A stretch of 64,000 bases of DNA from NCBI GenBank assembly GCA_951406725.2, contig OX597820.1:87110001-87174000 (forward strand). The letters are read 5' to 3'. Shown one piece after another: positions 52,096 to 64,000 of the stretch. This DNA is from Octopus vulgaris. Taxonomy: Eukaryota. Within the stretch, counting starts at the first letter, position 1. The number at the start of each line of letters is the position of its first letter. The notes below the pieces were generated by a model. It had not been told where the DNA came from, searched no databases, and saw only the letters and a program-made list of their open reading frames with translations. The translations under genes were made by a program, and so were the position numbers.

Positions 52096-53371
52096 CTTTC
52101 TACACACACACACACACACAGATAGGTAGATGTGTGTGTGTGTGTGTGTGTGTGCACGCTTGTGCACGCGCGTATGTATGTGTTGAAATGTATAAAAAAT
52201 GAAAACTAATCCAGCAAAATCCAGAAACAAGATGAAGTAAAAGATGAAATTCTGTAACTGTAGGTAACAATTCTTCGAAGGATTCTGAAACATGAAATAT
52301 CATCAAAATTGGTTTCAAACTTTGGCACATAGCCAACAGATTCGGGGTAGATCCAGCATGCTAACGATTCTGCTAGCTCTCCGACTTTTTTATTATCATT
52401 AATATTATTAAGACGATGAAAGGTGTTAGATCGAAGAAACTGTTACACCGTTGGACAAAATGCCTTGCAGCATTTGTTTCGAGTCTTTATTTATTGAGTT
52501 CCGATCCCGTCGAGGACATACGTAGCCTTGCATCCTATCAGGACTGGTAGAATGAAACACCAGTCAACTGCGTGTTCTCAAATTCGATCCTGCTGTACAG
52601 CACTTTGCCCAGGAGTCTGCGTCCAAAACATTTGAACCCCTACAACTTGGTGGGCGAAGTTTGGTGGGAAGAAACCGAGTGGTAGTCTGTCGTTGTGTTT
52701 TAAGTTGCTCCTTACCTGGTTCTCAGGTGCCTCTAATGGAGTCTGTTACAATTATTTACAACAAGGTCCCTCTCTAAGGACCACTTCGCTCCCTTCCAGC
52801 AAGGACTAAAATCCTGAAAAGTGGATGGATTGTGGGTGGTACCCTTCTTCTTAACGAAACAGTAATACCTAACACCATTGCCAAAAGAAAGAAATGACGC
52901 ATCGTTAAAACTGTTTCCCAATCTGAAATTATTTTCAAGAAATGAACGAAAGTTCAAATGTCCGCTTGTGAAACTTTACTTCATCTGATCAAATTTTAAA
53001 TGAATATATATCTGTTTACATCCGACATTGATTTAAAGTGTCTGAAACTTTTATTTATATTTGTTTTATATATCTTAGAATAAATGGAACAATTGACGTT
53101 TCACTTATAAGTAAATAGAAATCGTTTCAATTATTTCCTCTGTTTTATACTTATCAGATATCAAGTTTGGGAAATAAACATAGAAATATAAACACTGTAT
53201 CTATAACTTAAATACAGATGTATATATATATATACATGCATATATTGTTAACCCTGACACTACAACTACCAAAACCATCACCACCACCACTCCTCCTCCT
53301 CCTCCTCCTCCTACTACTACTACTACTAGTAGTAGTAGTATTAGAAGCAGCAGCAGCAGTAGTAGTAGTAT

Positions 53372-53421
<50 letters not shown>

Positions 53422-54568
53422 AAGCCGGATCGTATCTCGTTATTTCAACTAAGACATTGAGTCTTAAAACTGGACACACACAAACATGCACGTATGTATA
53501 TTATTATTTGAAGGACTTGTTTATATTGCAGCACACTTATTCTTCAACCTGATGCTCGCATGTTCTGTGTGCACATGGCCAAAGATGAAATAAATACATT
53601 TTCCTCGAGTGAAATAAAAATCGAATAACTTTTAGCGAAGCTAAATGTCTTTACTGAGACCACTTTGCTTTATAGATAATCATATATAGAATTTACACTG
53701 CAAGTTATAGTAGCAAAGTCACTGCACACAGGAAATAATACGAGATTGAATTCAAGAAACCATTATGGCCAACACTTCTGTAATTATTCAAAGACATAAA
53801 TACAACTTTTAATTCATTTTCCACAGCTTTAGTGCCGAAATTTCACAACCTAAAGATTTATTAGTTTTGTAAGATTGATAAAAGAATGCATTTGATATTG
53901 TTAATGTTGAAATATAAAATTCGTTGGTGACGCGGGAGATTGGAAGATAAAATAGCTTCAAAGTTTTAGCGTTACCAGCGGGCTGCTATGACTATCAGTT
54001 GGCAAACCTTTGTGGTTAGTCAAGATATGCAGCGTATGTGATGAATTCACCACCTCCACTAGTTCCATCTCCAACTCTACCAGTTAGCCAGCCAGCCAGC
54101 AAGCCTGCCAGACACAATATGGAATCTATGCATCAATGAGAAAATCGTCATATGATCGCTCGACATGTTCATTTGAACTGCTAGAAATAGTAGACAATCG
54201 TCCATAAAGTCATATTATATCGCCTTTGGAAATAGAAAACTCACATTGAGCCATATAGTCCGAGATATACTATTCCTGAAAAAGTATACGGTTTGGTTAT
54301 GACTGGAACACTTTTGATCATAGACCTGGAGTTCAACAACTACAACAACAATAAGAACAACAACTACGTTAATAACAGAACACGTATCCAGACCTAGAGC
54401 CAGGATACAGTAGCTAAGAAGATCAAAACAATTGGTGGATTTTTGTTTAAGGATGAAAGATTGATGACATAAGTCTTATTGCAGAAGTTTAGATGAACTG
54501 ACTTCATGTAGAATAAAGTGTTCTACAGAGAAACAGGATATTTGAGTCCCACATATAAATCAAAAATA

Positions 54569-56721
54569 CAATGGTACCTCGCTGTACGGGTTTAATTCGC
54601 TCCATGACCAAGCTTGTTTTACGATTTACTCGTTATACAAACCATTGAAATTAATCAAAATATAATTAATCCGTTCCAATCCCTCAAAACCGCCCAAAAA
54701 TATTTTTTTATGGGTTTTAAAACAGAAAAGATGCAGTTACAAGGAAAATGACACCTATTATTTGGAAGAATCTCCTTCCATTAAGACTTTAGGAAGAACA
54801 ATTTCTGACGTTTTCTGTCTCATTTCACTTAGGTTAGGCTTTTTGGACACACGGTGTTCACTTTTCACACTTGCAGGCACTTTCATTAGAAATATATCAA
54901 GAGAAATCTGCATTTTATTGCCTTTTAAAATGTTGCGAAAATGCACCAAGTAGCTGCACTACCTGTAGATACTTTTTCAGGATGATTTTTTTTACAAATT
55001 CAGAAACATACTGCCACTTTGACAACACTGCCTTCTCTGCTACACTGTCCTCCTCCGGGGAACCAACCTCTTCCACCGCATCTGATGCTGCAGGAGTTCA
55101 TCTGTCGTCAGCTCTTCTGGGTGTTCCACGACGAGATCATTAATGTTCCTATCATCAATCTCGAGGTCAATGGACTTGCCAAGAAACACTATCTCCTCGA
55201 CTGCAGGTGACTCAGACTCAAACCCTTTGAATTCTCTTTCGGATATGCAGTCAGGCCACAGTATCCTCTATGCAGAATTCAGCGTTCTCCGCGTTACACC
55301 CTGCCAGGCCATATCAATGATTTTCAGGAAGTTAACAATGTTGTAGCGCTCCTTCCAAAACTCACGAAGGTTTAGATTTGTATCTTCGGTGACTTCAAAG
55401 CACCGACGAAATAGGTATTTGGTGTACAATTTCTTAAAATGGTTCATGGGCTGTAATACAGGGGTGGTATTGCGTTGAAGGTATAGAACTTTTATGAATT
55501 CAAATTCGTCCAGCTTTTTCATCTTCAAAGTTAGGAGGATAAGCAGGAGCGTTGTCGAAGTTGAGGAGGGCCTTGATAGGAAGATCGTTGTCTAGAAGGA
55601 CATCTTCTCTGTTGGTCCGAAGATAAGATTGACCAACTCGGTGAAGAATTGCCAGGTGACCCAGGCTTTAACGTTCGCTCTTCACATGACATGCAGCTTC
55701 TAATTCAGGATATTATGCGACTTGAATGCTCGTGGGTTTTCGGAATGGTAGACAAGGAGCGGTTTAATTTTCAAGTCTCCACTCGCATTGGCACAAAGAG
55801 CGAGAGTTAGCCTATATTTCATAGGCTTGTGTCCTGGAATTTTCTTCTTCTCTGCAGTTATGTAGGTTCTTCTAGGCATTTGTTTTTCAAAAAGTCCAGG
55901 TTCATAACAGTTGAATACCTTTCGTGCAATGTGCTCCTCGGCTGCGATGAGCTGACAGAATTCACGCACGAAATCCTCAGCTGCTTTCGTGTCAAAACTC
56001 ACTGCTGCTCCATACCTGACGACGCTTTGAACACTAGTCTTCATCGTGAAATTATAGAACCAGCCGTGTTGGTCCACATGATCCACAGCTTCTCGTTGAT
56101 CACATGAGAAGCAATTTTCCCTCTCTTCGTGGACTGATGTGCGTTGCTTAGAGAGCCTGGAGACACTCTTTGCTGTTGTAACGGCCTTGATATTGTCCTG
56201 TTCCTTCAGGATGGTGCAGATCGCTAACCTGCTTCGGTCGTGTATTGACGTGCTATGTCCACTACACGCACTTCTCTCTCATGTTTATCAATGATTTCCT
56301 TCTTCAGTTCTTTTGTAATAAGCTTTTTCTTCTTTTCAGCACTGTCCTTTGCACTAACCTTCTTAGGACTCATGGCTAATTATTATAAAATAATAGCAAA
56401 AAATGTACAAAGCTAAAAAAAGAAAAGCACTGGGAAAAACACAACAGGGTTGCTGCCACAACGAGATAAACACGTGAACTGAGCGAGAGGAAGCTGAACT
56501 TGTTGGGAGAGTGTGCAAGCTCAGAGCCGACTAGCGGTCGCTTGTATGAAACTCGCTTGTATTGCGAATTTCCACTCGTACTACGGATTTCCACTCATAC
56601 TGCAGGTTTCCACTCATACTGCAGGTTTCCACTCGTACTTCAAGACAAAAATTCCCACTAGGCTCGGCTCGTACAGCAAATCACTCGTACAATGGTGCAG
56701 TCTTACTGCAAGGTTCTACTG
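54569..56721 (-). mobile_element. Near-full-length decayed Tigger (pogo family) transposon
   Basis: Ends ta|caatggtacctcg and gcaaggttctactg|ta. Transposase starts at 56373 MSPKKVSAKDSAEKKKKLITKELKKEII, then VFNCYEPGLF..MPRRTYIT, RLTLALCANASGD.KIKPLLVYHSENPRAFK, DNAPAYP, NTTPVLQPM. Confidence 0.93.
56568..56639. repeat. 19-bp subterminal tandem repeat (~3.7 copies) in the Tigger 5' end
   Basis: tttccactc(a/g)tact(gcagg/acgga) repeated. Confidence 0.85.
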
Positions 56722-57129
56722 TACAAATAGCTACTTTTATTTTAATTCTTGAGACTAATATATGCTTACGAACACGAACTGAATTATTCCTTTTCGCTAT
56801 GTTGTATATATTGAAAATGGTGAGTTTCTTAACGTTGTGAGTTCTCAGAAATGCAGTTGAAAATTATGTCTTTAAGTAGTATATCTAGAACAAGTAATTT
56901 TGATTGAATTCATTCCTACTTAAAATTCTTATCTTCTTTTTATTACAGTTACAAGGGCTAAAATTTGGAGAGAGAATGAGTCGATTACATCAATCTCAAC
57001 TCGTACTTCTTCATCCGAAAGCATGAAAGGTAAGGTCGAATTTGAACTCAGAAAGTAAGCCGGAAGAAATGTCGCCAATCATTTTGTCTAGCGTGCTAAC
57101 GATTCTGTTAGCTTACCGCCTGTTCTATA

Positions 57130-58100
57130 CAGAATTGCTACAACTACCGATCCTTATTGACATGTACGGATATTTACGCTCCCTACAGACAACTAGGTAC
57201 ATTTACTGATTCCTACTGACAAATAAATACATTCACAACTAGGTATTGTCATATAGGTAGGTTCATTGGTACATACTGACAACTAGACACATTTACTGGT
57301 CCGAACTAACAAGTAGATACTTCCGATGATACCTACTGATATCCGGGTACATTCGATGTTGCAAATTGTCTGCAACTTACTATTAAGTATCTGACAACTA
57401 GGTATATTTACTTGTGCTTATTGAAAACTAGGTATCTACCGTCAGCCAAATTCATTCCCTGTAACACTGACAATTAGGTAGGAGCACTCCTTCGGTTACG
57501 ACGACGAGGGTCCCAGCTGATACTATTAACGGAACAGCTTGCTCGTGAAATTAACGTGCAAGTGGCTGTGTACTCCACAGACACGTGTACCCTTAACGTA
57601 GTTCAGCGTGACACAGAGTGTGACAAGGCTGGCCCTTTTGAAATACAGGTACTACTCATTTTTGCCAAGTGAGTGGACTGGAGCAACTTGAAATAAAGTG
57701 TCTTGCCCAAGAACACAACGCGTCGCCGGGAATCGAACTCACAACCTTACGATCATGAGTCGAATGCCCTAACCACGCGCCTTCACAATTAGGTACTTCC
57801 ACTCATATCTACAGATGTCTCATTACAGTTACTGGTACCCGCATCTAAGTTTATTTAGTATTGTCTACTGACAACTAGCAATGTTTACTGGTGCCTACTG
57901 ACATCTTAATACAATCATTGATACCTACAGACAGCTATGTACATTCACAATTATCCTTCGACGTTTAAGTATAATCACTGGTACCTAGTACAGCAGAATA
58001 CATTCACTGTTTTCTTTTGACTATTTACCTACCAATTGGCAAATGCATTCAGCGGTGTCTAGTTAATCCTAGTTGTATTTACTGGTACATATTTACGCCT
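57130..58100. repeat. Degenerate ~30-bp minisatellite
   Basis: Recurring unit of about cctactgacaactaggtacatttactg(g/a)t on both sides of a SINE insertion. Confidence 0.75.
57481..57784 (-). mobile_element. SINE with family C head and 11-bp target-site duplication
   Basis: acaattaggta at 57470-57480 and 57785-57795. Minus-strand B box gagttcgattccc. Confidence 0.9.
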
Positions 58101-59387
58101 AAAGAAATTGTAAGCTAAATGTTATTGTGAGCTAAATGTTTTGACTGTAGACAGGGGTCACTTTTGATAACAGAATATTATCCTCTGGTCACTATAGCCA
58201 ATTCCCAACTATATAAAATTTGTGAATATGTTTGGATGAATTGTATTAATCAACTGTTTTTTTTTTTTTTGTTTTTTGTCTTAGCTTTATATTACAATTT
58301 CTTAGTGGGACGAGTAAGGGCAAAACTGGCCATTCTTTTCAGGAATTGCAAAATTGTTGGGTGGAAGTGAGGAAGCGATTCTCAGAGAAGAGATGAAAAT
58401 TGAACATTTGCAACAGAATGGACTCCGCTAAGGTCACGGTATGCGAAGATGTCAACCTGACTAGAGTTAAGCTCAAAGCCCAAAAGCAAATTTCTAAATT
58501 GTTTTGGTGGAACAAATGTCACGTACAACTCTTTGGTCGACTCGACACTCTGGTAAAACATATTTGCAAAAGGTGCCATGCAGTGAGCGAGAAACAGAAC
58601 CTACATTGTTGCAATGCAACATATTAACCTTTTTATTGCTGCCTGAGAAAAATACATCGCACGTCGAAATCCCAGTATAATCGACTTTCGTTTCACCACG
58701 GCAGTAGTGATAAAATACCAGTAATAAATAACATTACTTATATATTCCTTCCTTAGAAAATCTGTGCTAGTGTGCCAATATAAGAAATATATAAACTCTT
58801 TTAAATTAATACTAAGATTTATTCAAAAGTCGTAGACATGTAGTTAAAACATGACATTCTGTTGTACGCATTAAGTTTTATAAAAGAAAAAAATGATTCC
58901 CTATCATTTTCCCGAAGCGCCGTTCGGAACAAATGGCGTTCAAAACCACCAGTCGGTTGTGTCTAACGAAATACGGATCGACACTCCACATCCGACAACA
59001 TTTTCATCATTTATGCTTCTTTGTTTTTGTTGTTGTTTTACTTGCTTAAGGTATTCCAACGTTCTTTGTTCACACCAAACAACAGTGATTATCACGATCT
59101 CTTCTTTCAATCTTCACACACATACCATTGCACATATTGTATTGTGAAACAACCGATTGTTCGAATGGCGCTTGTTTCTCAGAAATTCAAGCCGCACCGT
59201 CTTTGTGATTATTATTGCTAATAGTAAAATGAAAGCAAAAACAAGCTAAAACATTAACTATACTGATTCACATACTACACGCACACATATCTACGTATCC
59301 ACACATGCACACACACACACACATATATATATATAAATGAAATTATCGTTTAATGTTATTTCCACATACATGCATATATATATATAT

Positions 59388-59462
<75 letters not shown>

Positions 59463-59784
59463 TATGTATGTATAGGAATAACTGTATGTATATCTGTGTG
59501 CATATTCACAGAAAAATTGCCCATTATATCTTAGAAGTTAAAGAAGTGATTTGCTCGGCTCTTACGGAGAAAGATGTTATTTTCAATTTGCTGATGTAAA
59601 ATACAAGAGGTGAATACCTATAGTATATGAAATACCTCCTGGAAATTGGTTGAAGGAAACAATGGTAAAAAAGATCTATAGCAATATCACACATACACAC
59701 ATATATATATATTTAAATACATATATATATATATATATATATATATGTATACATAGACACACACACACACATATATATATATAC

Positions 59785-59841
<57 letters not shown>

Positions 59842-60003
59842 CCACATCATCCCAGCCTATACAAATAAATGGAAGATTGTTTAAGTTTTAGATTCTTAGA
59901 TGGAACGATAAATAATGGAAAATATGTTTGTGTATGTATGTATGTATGTATGTTTGTATGCATGTATGTATGTATGTATGTATGCATGCATGTAAGTATG
60001 CAT

Positions 60004-60042
<39 letters not shown>

Positions 60043-60185
60043 GAGAGAGAGATATACATGCTAACACATACACGCATATATTTATTTCTATAAGGGATGG
60101 GTAAGAATGACTTTAACCATCTATATAGATAGATAGATAGATAGATAGATAAATAGATAAATAGATAGATAACACGGTTACGGTG

Positions 60186-60230
<45 letters not shown>

Positions 60231-60423
60231 ATATATGCATTATGCATCATACAACCACGTTATCTATCTATCTCTCTGTCTTTCTATGTAACCTATCTAT
60301 TGATTTGTTTGTCTACATGTCTGTCTATCTATTTATCTATCTAGACGCATGCATGTGTATGCATGAGCTCGTGCGTATATACATATATATATATGTATAT
60401 GTATTTCTCCTCCTCTCCCTCAC

Positions 60424-60510
<87 letters not shown>

Positions 60511-61155
60511 GCATATATTTGTACATACGAACATACACATGTATGTGTGTCTGTGTGTGTTCTCAGCAGGTCGGGTACTTGACAAATGTTATCACTATAT
60601 ATATATATATATATGATCACATGTTACTATTTTCACAAAACTACTTTTCATTGAAATCTTATTAACAATAGTTATCCTTGGTTAGCTTCTCCCAGGCTAT
60701 ATCATCCACCCTGGACAACTGAGCTAGTTGATTATATAGGTTTGATGAACTCAGTTACTGTCACCGCATTCATCAATACACACCATATTTCATTGAAATG
60801 ATGTACTGCGACTATTATTTTTTCGGAAATAAGAAACGAGTTACCCTCCCACCACTGTATACACTCCTCTCACATGCACATGCAAGTACACGTACCACAC
60901 ACATACATATATGTAAGCATGTACATGCATACTTCACACACACATATATACATATATATATATATATATATAGACACATACATGCGTACACATATATGGA
61001 TACGGATGTATATGTGATAGATAACTTTAGATACATAGGTATATACATGCGTATATATCTACATATACACTTATATAGGTAGATTGATAGGGCTGGATTG
61101 ATAAATATACATATAGATGTAGATATAGGTATGTATGTATGTATGCATATATATA

Positions 61156-61193
<38 letters not shown>

Positions 61194-61246
61194 CAAACAC
61201 ACTTACACATATATATGTATATACTCATATATACTTATATAAGTAT

Positions 61247-61291
<45 letters not shown>

Positions 61292-62759
61292 CATACATAC
61301 ATACATACATACATACATACATACATACCTATATTTACATATGTATATTTATAAATCCAGCCATATCTAGCTATCTATAATTTTCGCTTAACGATTATAA
61401 ATATAGATGTGTGTTCGTGTAAACATATGTATGTATGCATGCATGTATGTATGTATGTATGTATGTATGTATGTATGTATGTATGTATGTATGGATGGAT
61501 GGATGGATGGATGGATGGATGGATGGATGGATGGATGGATGGATGGATGCGCAACTTACCCGTTCTTAGCTTTATTAGTTTATTTTTACGTCAACTAGAC
61601 GGCAACAACCAGATGAAATCAGGATAACAAGATATAGCAATACTGATTTGAAATCCTTCATTGCTCTGTACAATATTCGTTATTCGTTTCATCAATTCGT
61701 TTTAAACGAGAACTAATATCAAAATAGTGTATTAGCAAGTAGAGGTTAAAGAGTTATTTCAGATTCATAATAATGGTGGTTTTCACTTAAAATAGCAAAC
61801 AAATATAAATGGAGAGACACAAAATCGGTCTTTTTATTTCTACAATATTTTACTGGAGGGTTTACTTATTTTAGTTTTGTTCTGTTAACTTTTTGCTTCG
61901 AGGTGGGTTTATGATACGAAAGTATATTGTGCTTGAGAATGTGGAGAAAAAAGAAAATAAATGAGAAGTATGAAAGTATAAAATGTTTTTTTTTTATATA
62001 TATTGCCACAGATGAATTGCATTTATCGAAAAATTTAAATGATGAAGGTTTTATACTTGATTGTAAAATCAATAAGAATTAACTGATTATATGGTCAGTT
62101 GTCCTTCAAGCTACAGCAGCGAAAACTTCCTCAAGTTTCACTAGGTCGGTTTTTAAGAAAAGGATGCATTAGATAAGGAGTTCCCAATCAGTGGGACGCG
62201 GACCTGTACTGTGCCGCACAAAATGAATAAATTTTTCAATTCTCTTTCTATATTATTCTCTATCGCAATCAGTAGGGTGTTTTTGTATTGTGTCGTTTGA
62301 TCCTTCGGTCCGAGGAAAATTCTTGCAAGAAGCCGATCCGTGAGGTAAAAGTTTTTGGGAACCGTTATATTAGCTAATGTGGTACAAGATACGAGCATCA
62401 TGTTTGGAATAGATTTGACCATGCATGTACTCTAGACTGATTGGAAACTAAATAACAAAAGCACCAACAATAAAATTATAATTTTTCGGTCTATTAACCA
62501 CATCTTTAGAGAGATAGAGGAAAAAAAAAAACAACTTATTTACATCTATCAGCGTGTAGATCAGCGTTTTGATCGGGAAGCAAAACGTAATGTAGATTTA
62601 AATATTACATTTTTTTTTCATCTCTAAAAAATGAAGCTAACAGACCGAAAAAACTGTAATCTTATTTACGAGCTACTCATTATAGATATTTAGACATTGT
62701 GAAAATAGATTCAAGAAAATTTTCACTATCATAATGATAATAATGATTTCATATTTTTT

Positions 62760-63358
62760 CAACAAGGGCAGCTTGGGTGAGGGGATTAAAGGGATTATTT
62801 CGACCGCAGTGCGTAACTGGTACTTATTTAATCGACCCTGAAAGGATGAAGGGCAAAGTCGACCTCAGCAGAATTTGAACTCAGAACGTAGCGACGGGCG
62901 AAATACCTATTTCTTTACTACCCACAAGGGGCTAAACACAGACGAGACAAACAAGGACAGACAGACGGATTAAGTCGATTATATCGACCCCAGTGCGTAA
63001 CTGGTACCTAATTTATTGACCCCGAAATGATGAAAGGCAAAGTCGACCTCGGCGGAATTTGAACTCAGAACGTAATGGCAGACGAAATACGGCTACGCAT
63101 TTCGCCCGGCGTGCTAACGTTTCTGCCAACTCGCCGTCTTATCATAATAATAATAATCCTTTCTGCTTGAAGCACAAGGCCTGAAATTTGGTGGAGGAGG
63201 ATAGTCGATCATGTCGACCCCAGCACTTAACTGATACTTAATTTATCGACCCCGAAAGGATGAAAGGCGAAGACGAACTCGAAGGAATTTGAACTCAGAA
63301 CGTGGCGACGGGCCGCTAAGTATTTTGCCTGGCGTGTTAATGATTCTGCCATTTCGCC

Positions 63359-63360
<2 letters not shown>
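62760..63360 (-). mobile_element. Tandem SINE family B copies
   Basis: Three successive cgaccc.gaaa.gatgaa.ggc.aag...gaatttgaactcagaacgt blocks. Confidence 0.88.
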
Positions 63361-63401
<41 letters not shown>

Positions 63402-63421
63402 TAATAATAATAATAATAATG

Positions 63422-63502
<81 letters not shown>

Positions 63503-64000
63503 TTTCCTTCTTTATTGGCCACCAGGGCCGAACACAAAACATAGAGGACGATACAGAGACAAAGGACAGTAAGTATAAACGTGTAAACAGCCAACAAACA
63601 CAACGATTAACAAAGATATTAAATCTACAATATGCTTCCTCAATAGAGGGGAGTTCTACCGTCAGTGAGAGCCTAGCGATATCCTAGATTACAAGGCTCC
63701 AATTCTCGGTCTTTGCGTCATCTACAACTACAAGTCAATGGTAACAACATACCCACGCTCATTTACTATCTAGTGACGCAACCGCAACATGTGTCTGTAC
63801 ATCAGCAGCCACGGTGACATCGCGCGGTATGCCAACATGGACCTCCTACACCCCATTCTGAAAGAAATGCTCCTCAACTGTTCCAACTTCCGCAGAGTGG
63901 CTCCAGAACCAACGCATGCAGAAGAGGCGAGAGTGGATAGCCCTGATGGACCGAGCGTGCAAGGCGAATAGTTCTGAGTAGTGACCGTTTTCAGGACGGC
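63361..64000 (-). mobile_element. Tx1/L1-like LINE fragment: RT motifs, 3' UTR and (TTA)n tail
   Basis: Minus strand RSVHQGYPLSPLLHALVLEPL (QGCPLSP motif), a decayed AYxDDV, and PWLLMYRHMLRLRH. Ends aataaagaaggaaata followed by (TTA)n. Confidence 0.8.

Noticed and set aside
56568-58100. Short repeats resembling a CRISPR array
   Set aside because: Tandem units lack unique spacers, there are no cas genes, and the context is eukaryotic.
62153-62422. 89-aa ORF in unique sequence
   Set aside because: No recognisable domain and no supporting splice structure.

Overview
Repeat-dominated, AT-rich eukaryotic DNA. The tRNA-derived SINE families and the density of (TA)n/(CA)n/(TAGA)n/(TACA)n microsatellites point to an octopus genome (inference). 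Almost all listed ORFs are microsatellite artefacts. Recognisable content: three SINE families in many copies; decayed DNA transposons (near-complete DD34D mariner, Tigger/pogo, IR/DR Tc1, a second Tc1/mariner fragment, Buster-type hAT); LINE fragments (R4/Dong-like, CR1/L2-type endonuclease, Tx1/L1-like); two clear and one probable Penelope-like element (PLE) remnants; and one small candidate host exon encoding the end of a Kunitz domain. The main unannotated signal is about a dozen type I hammerhead ribozyme (HHR) motifs from several distinct families. They occur in direct-repeat pairs (retrozyme or pseudo-LTR-like), in fold-back elements, and in one family that joins a tRNA-derived Pol III head to a hammerhead and abuts a PLE. 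All calls were read by eye; no searches or folding programs were run.
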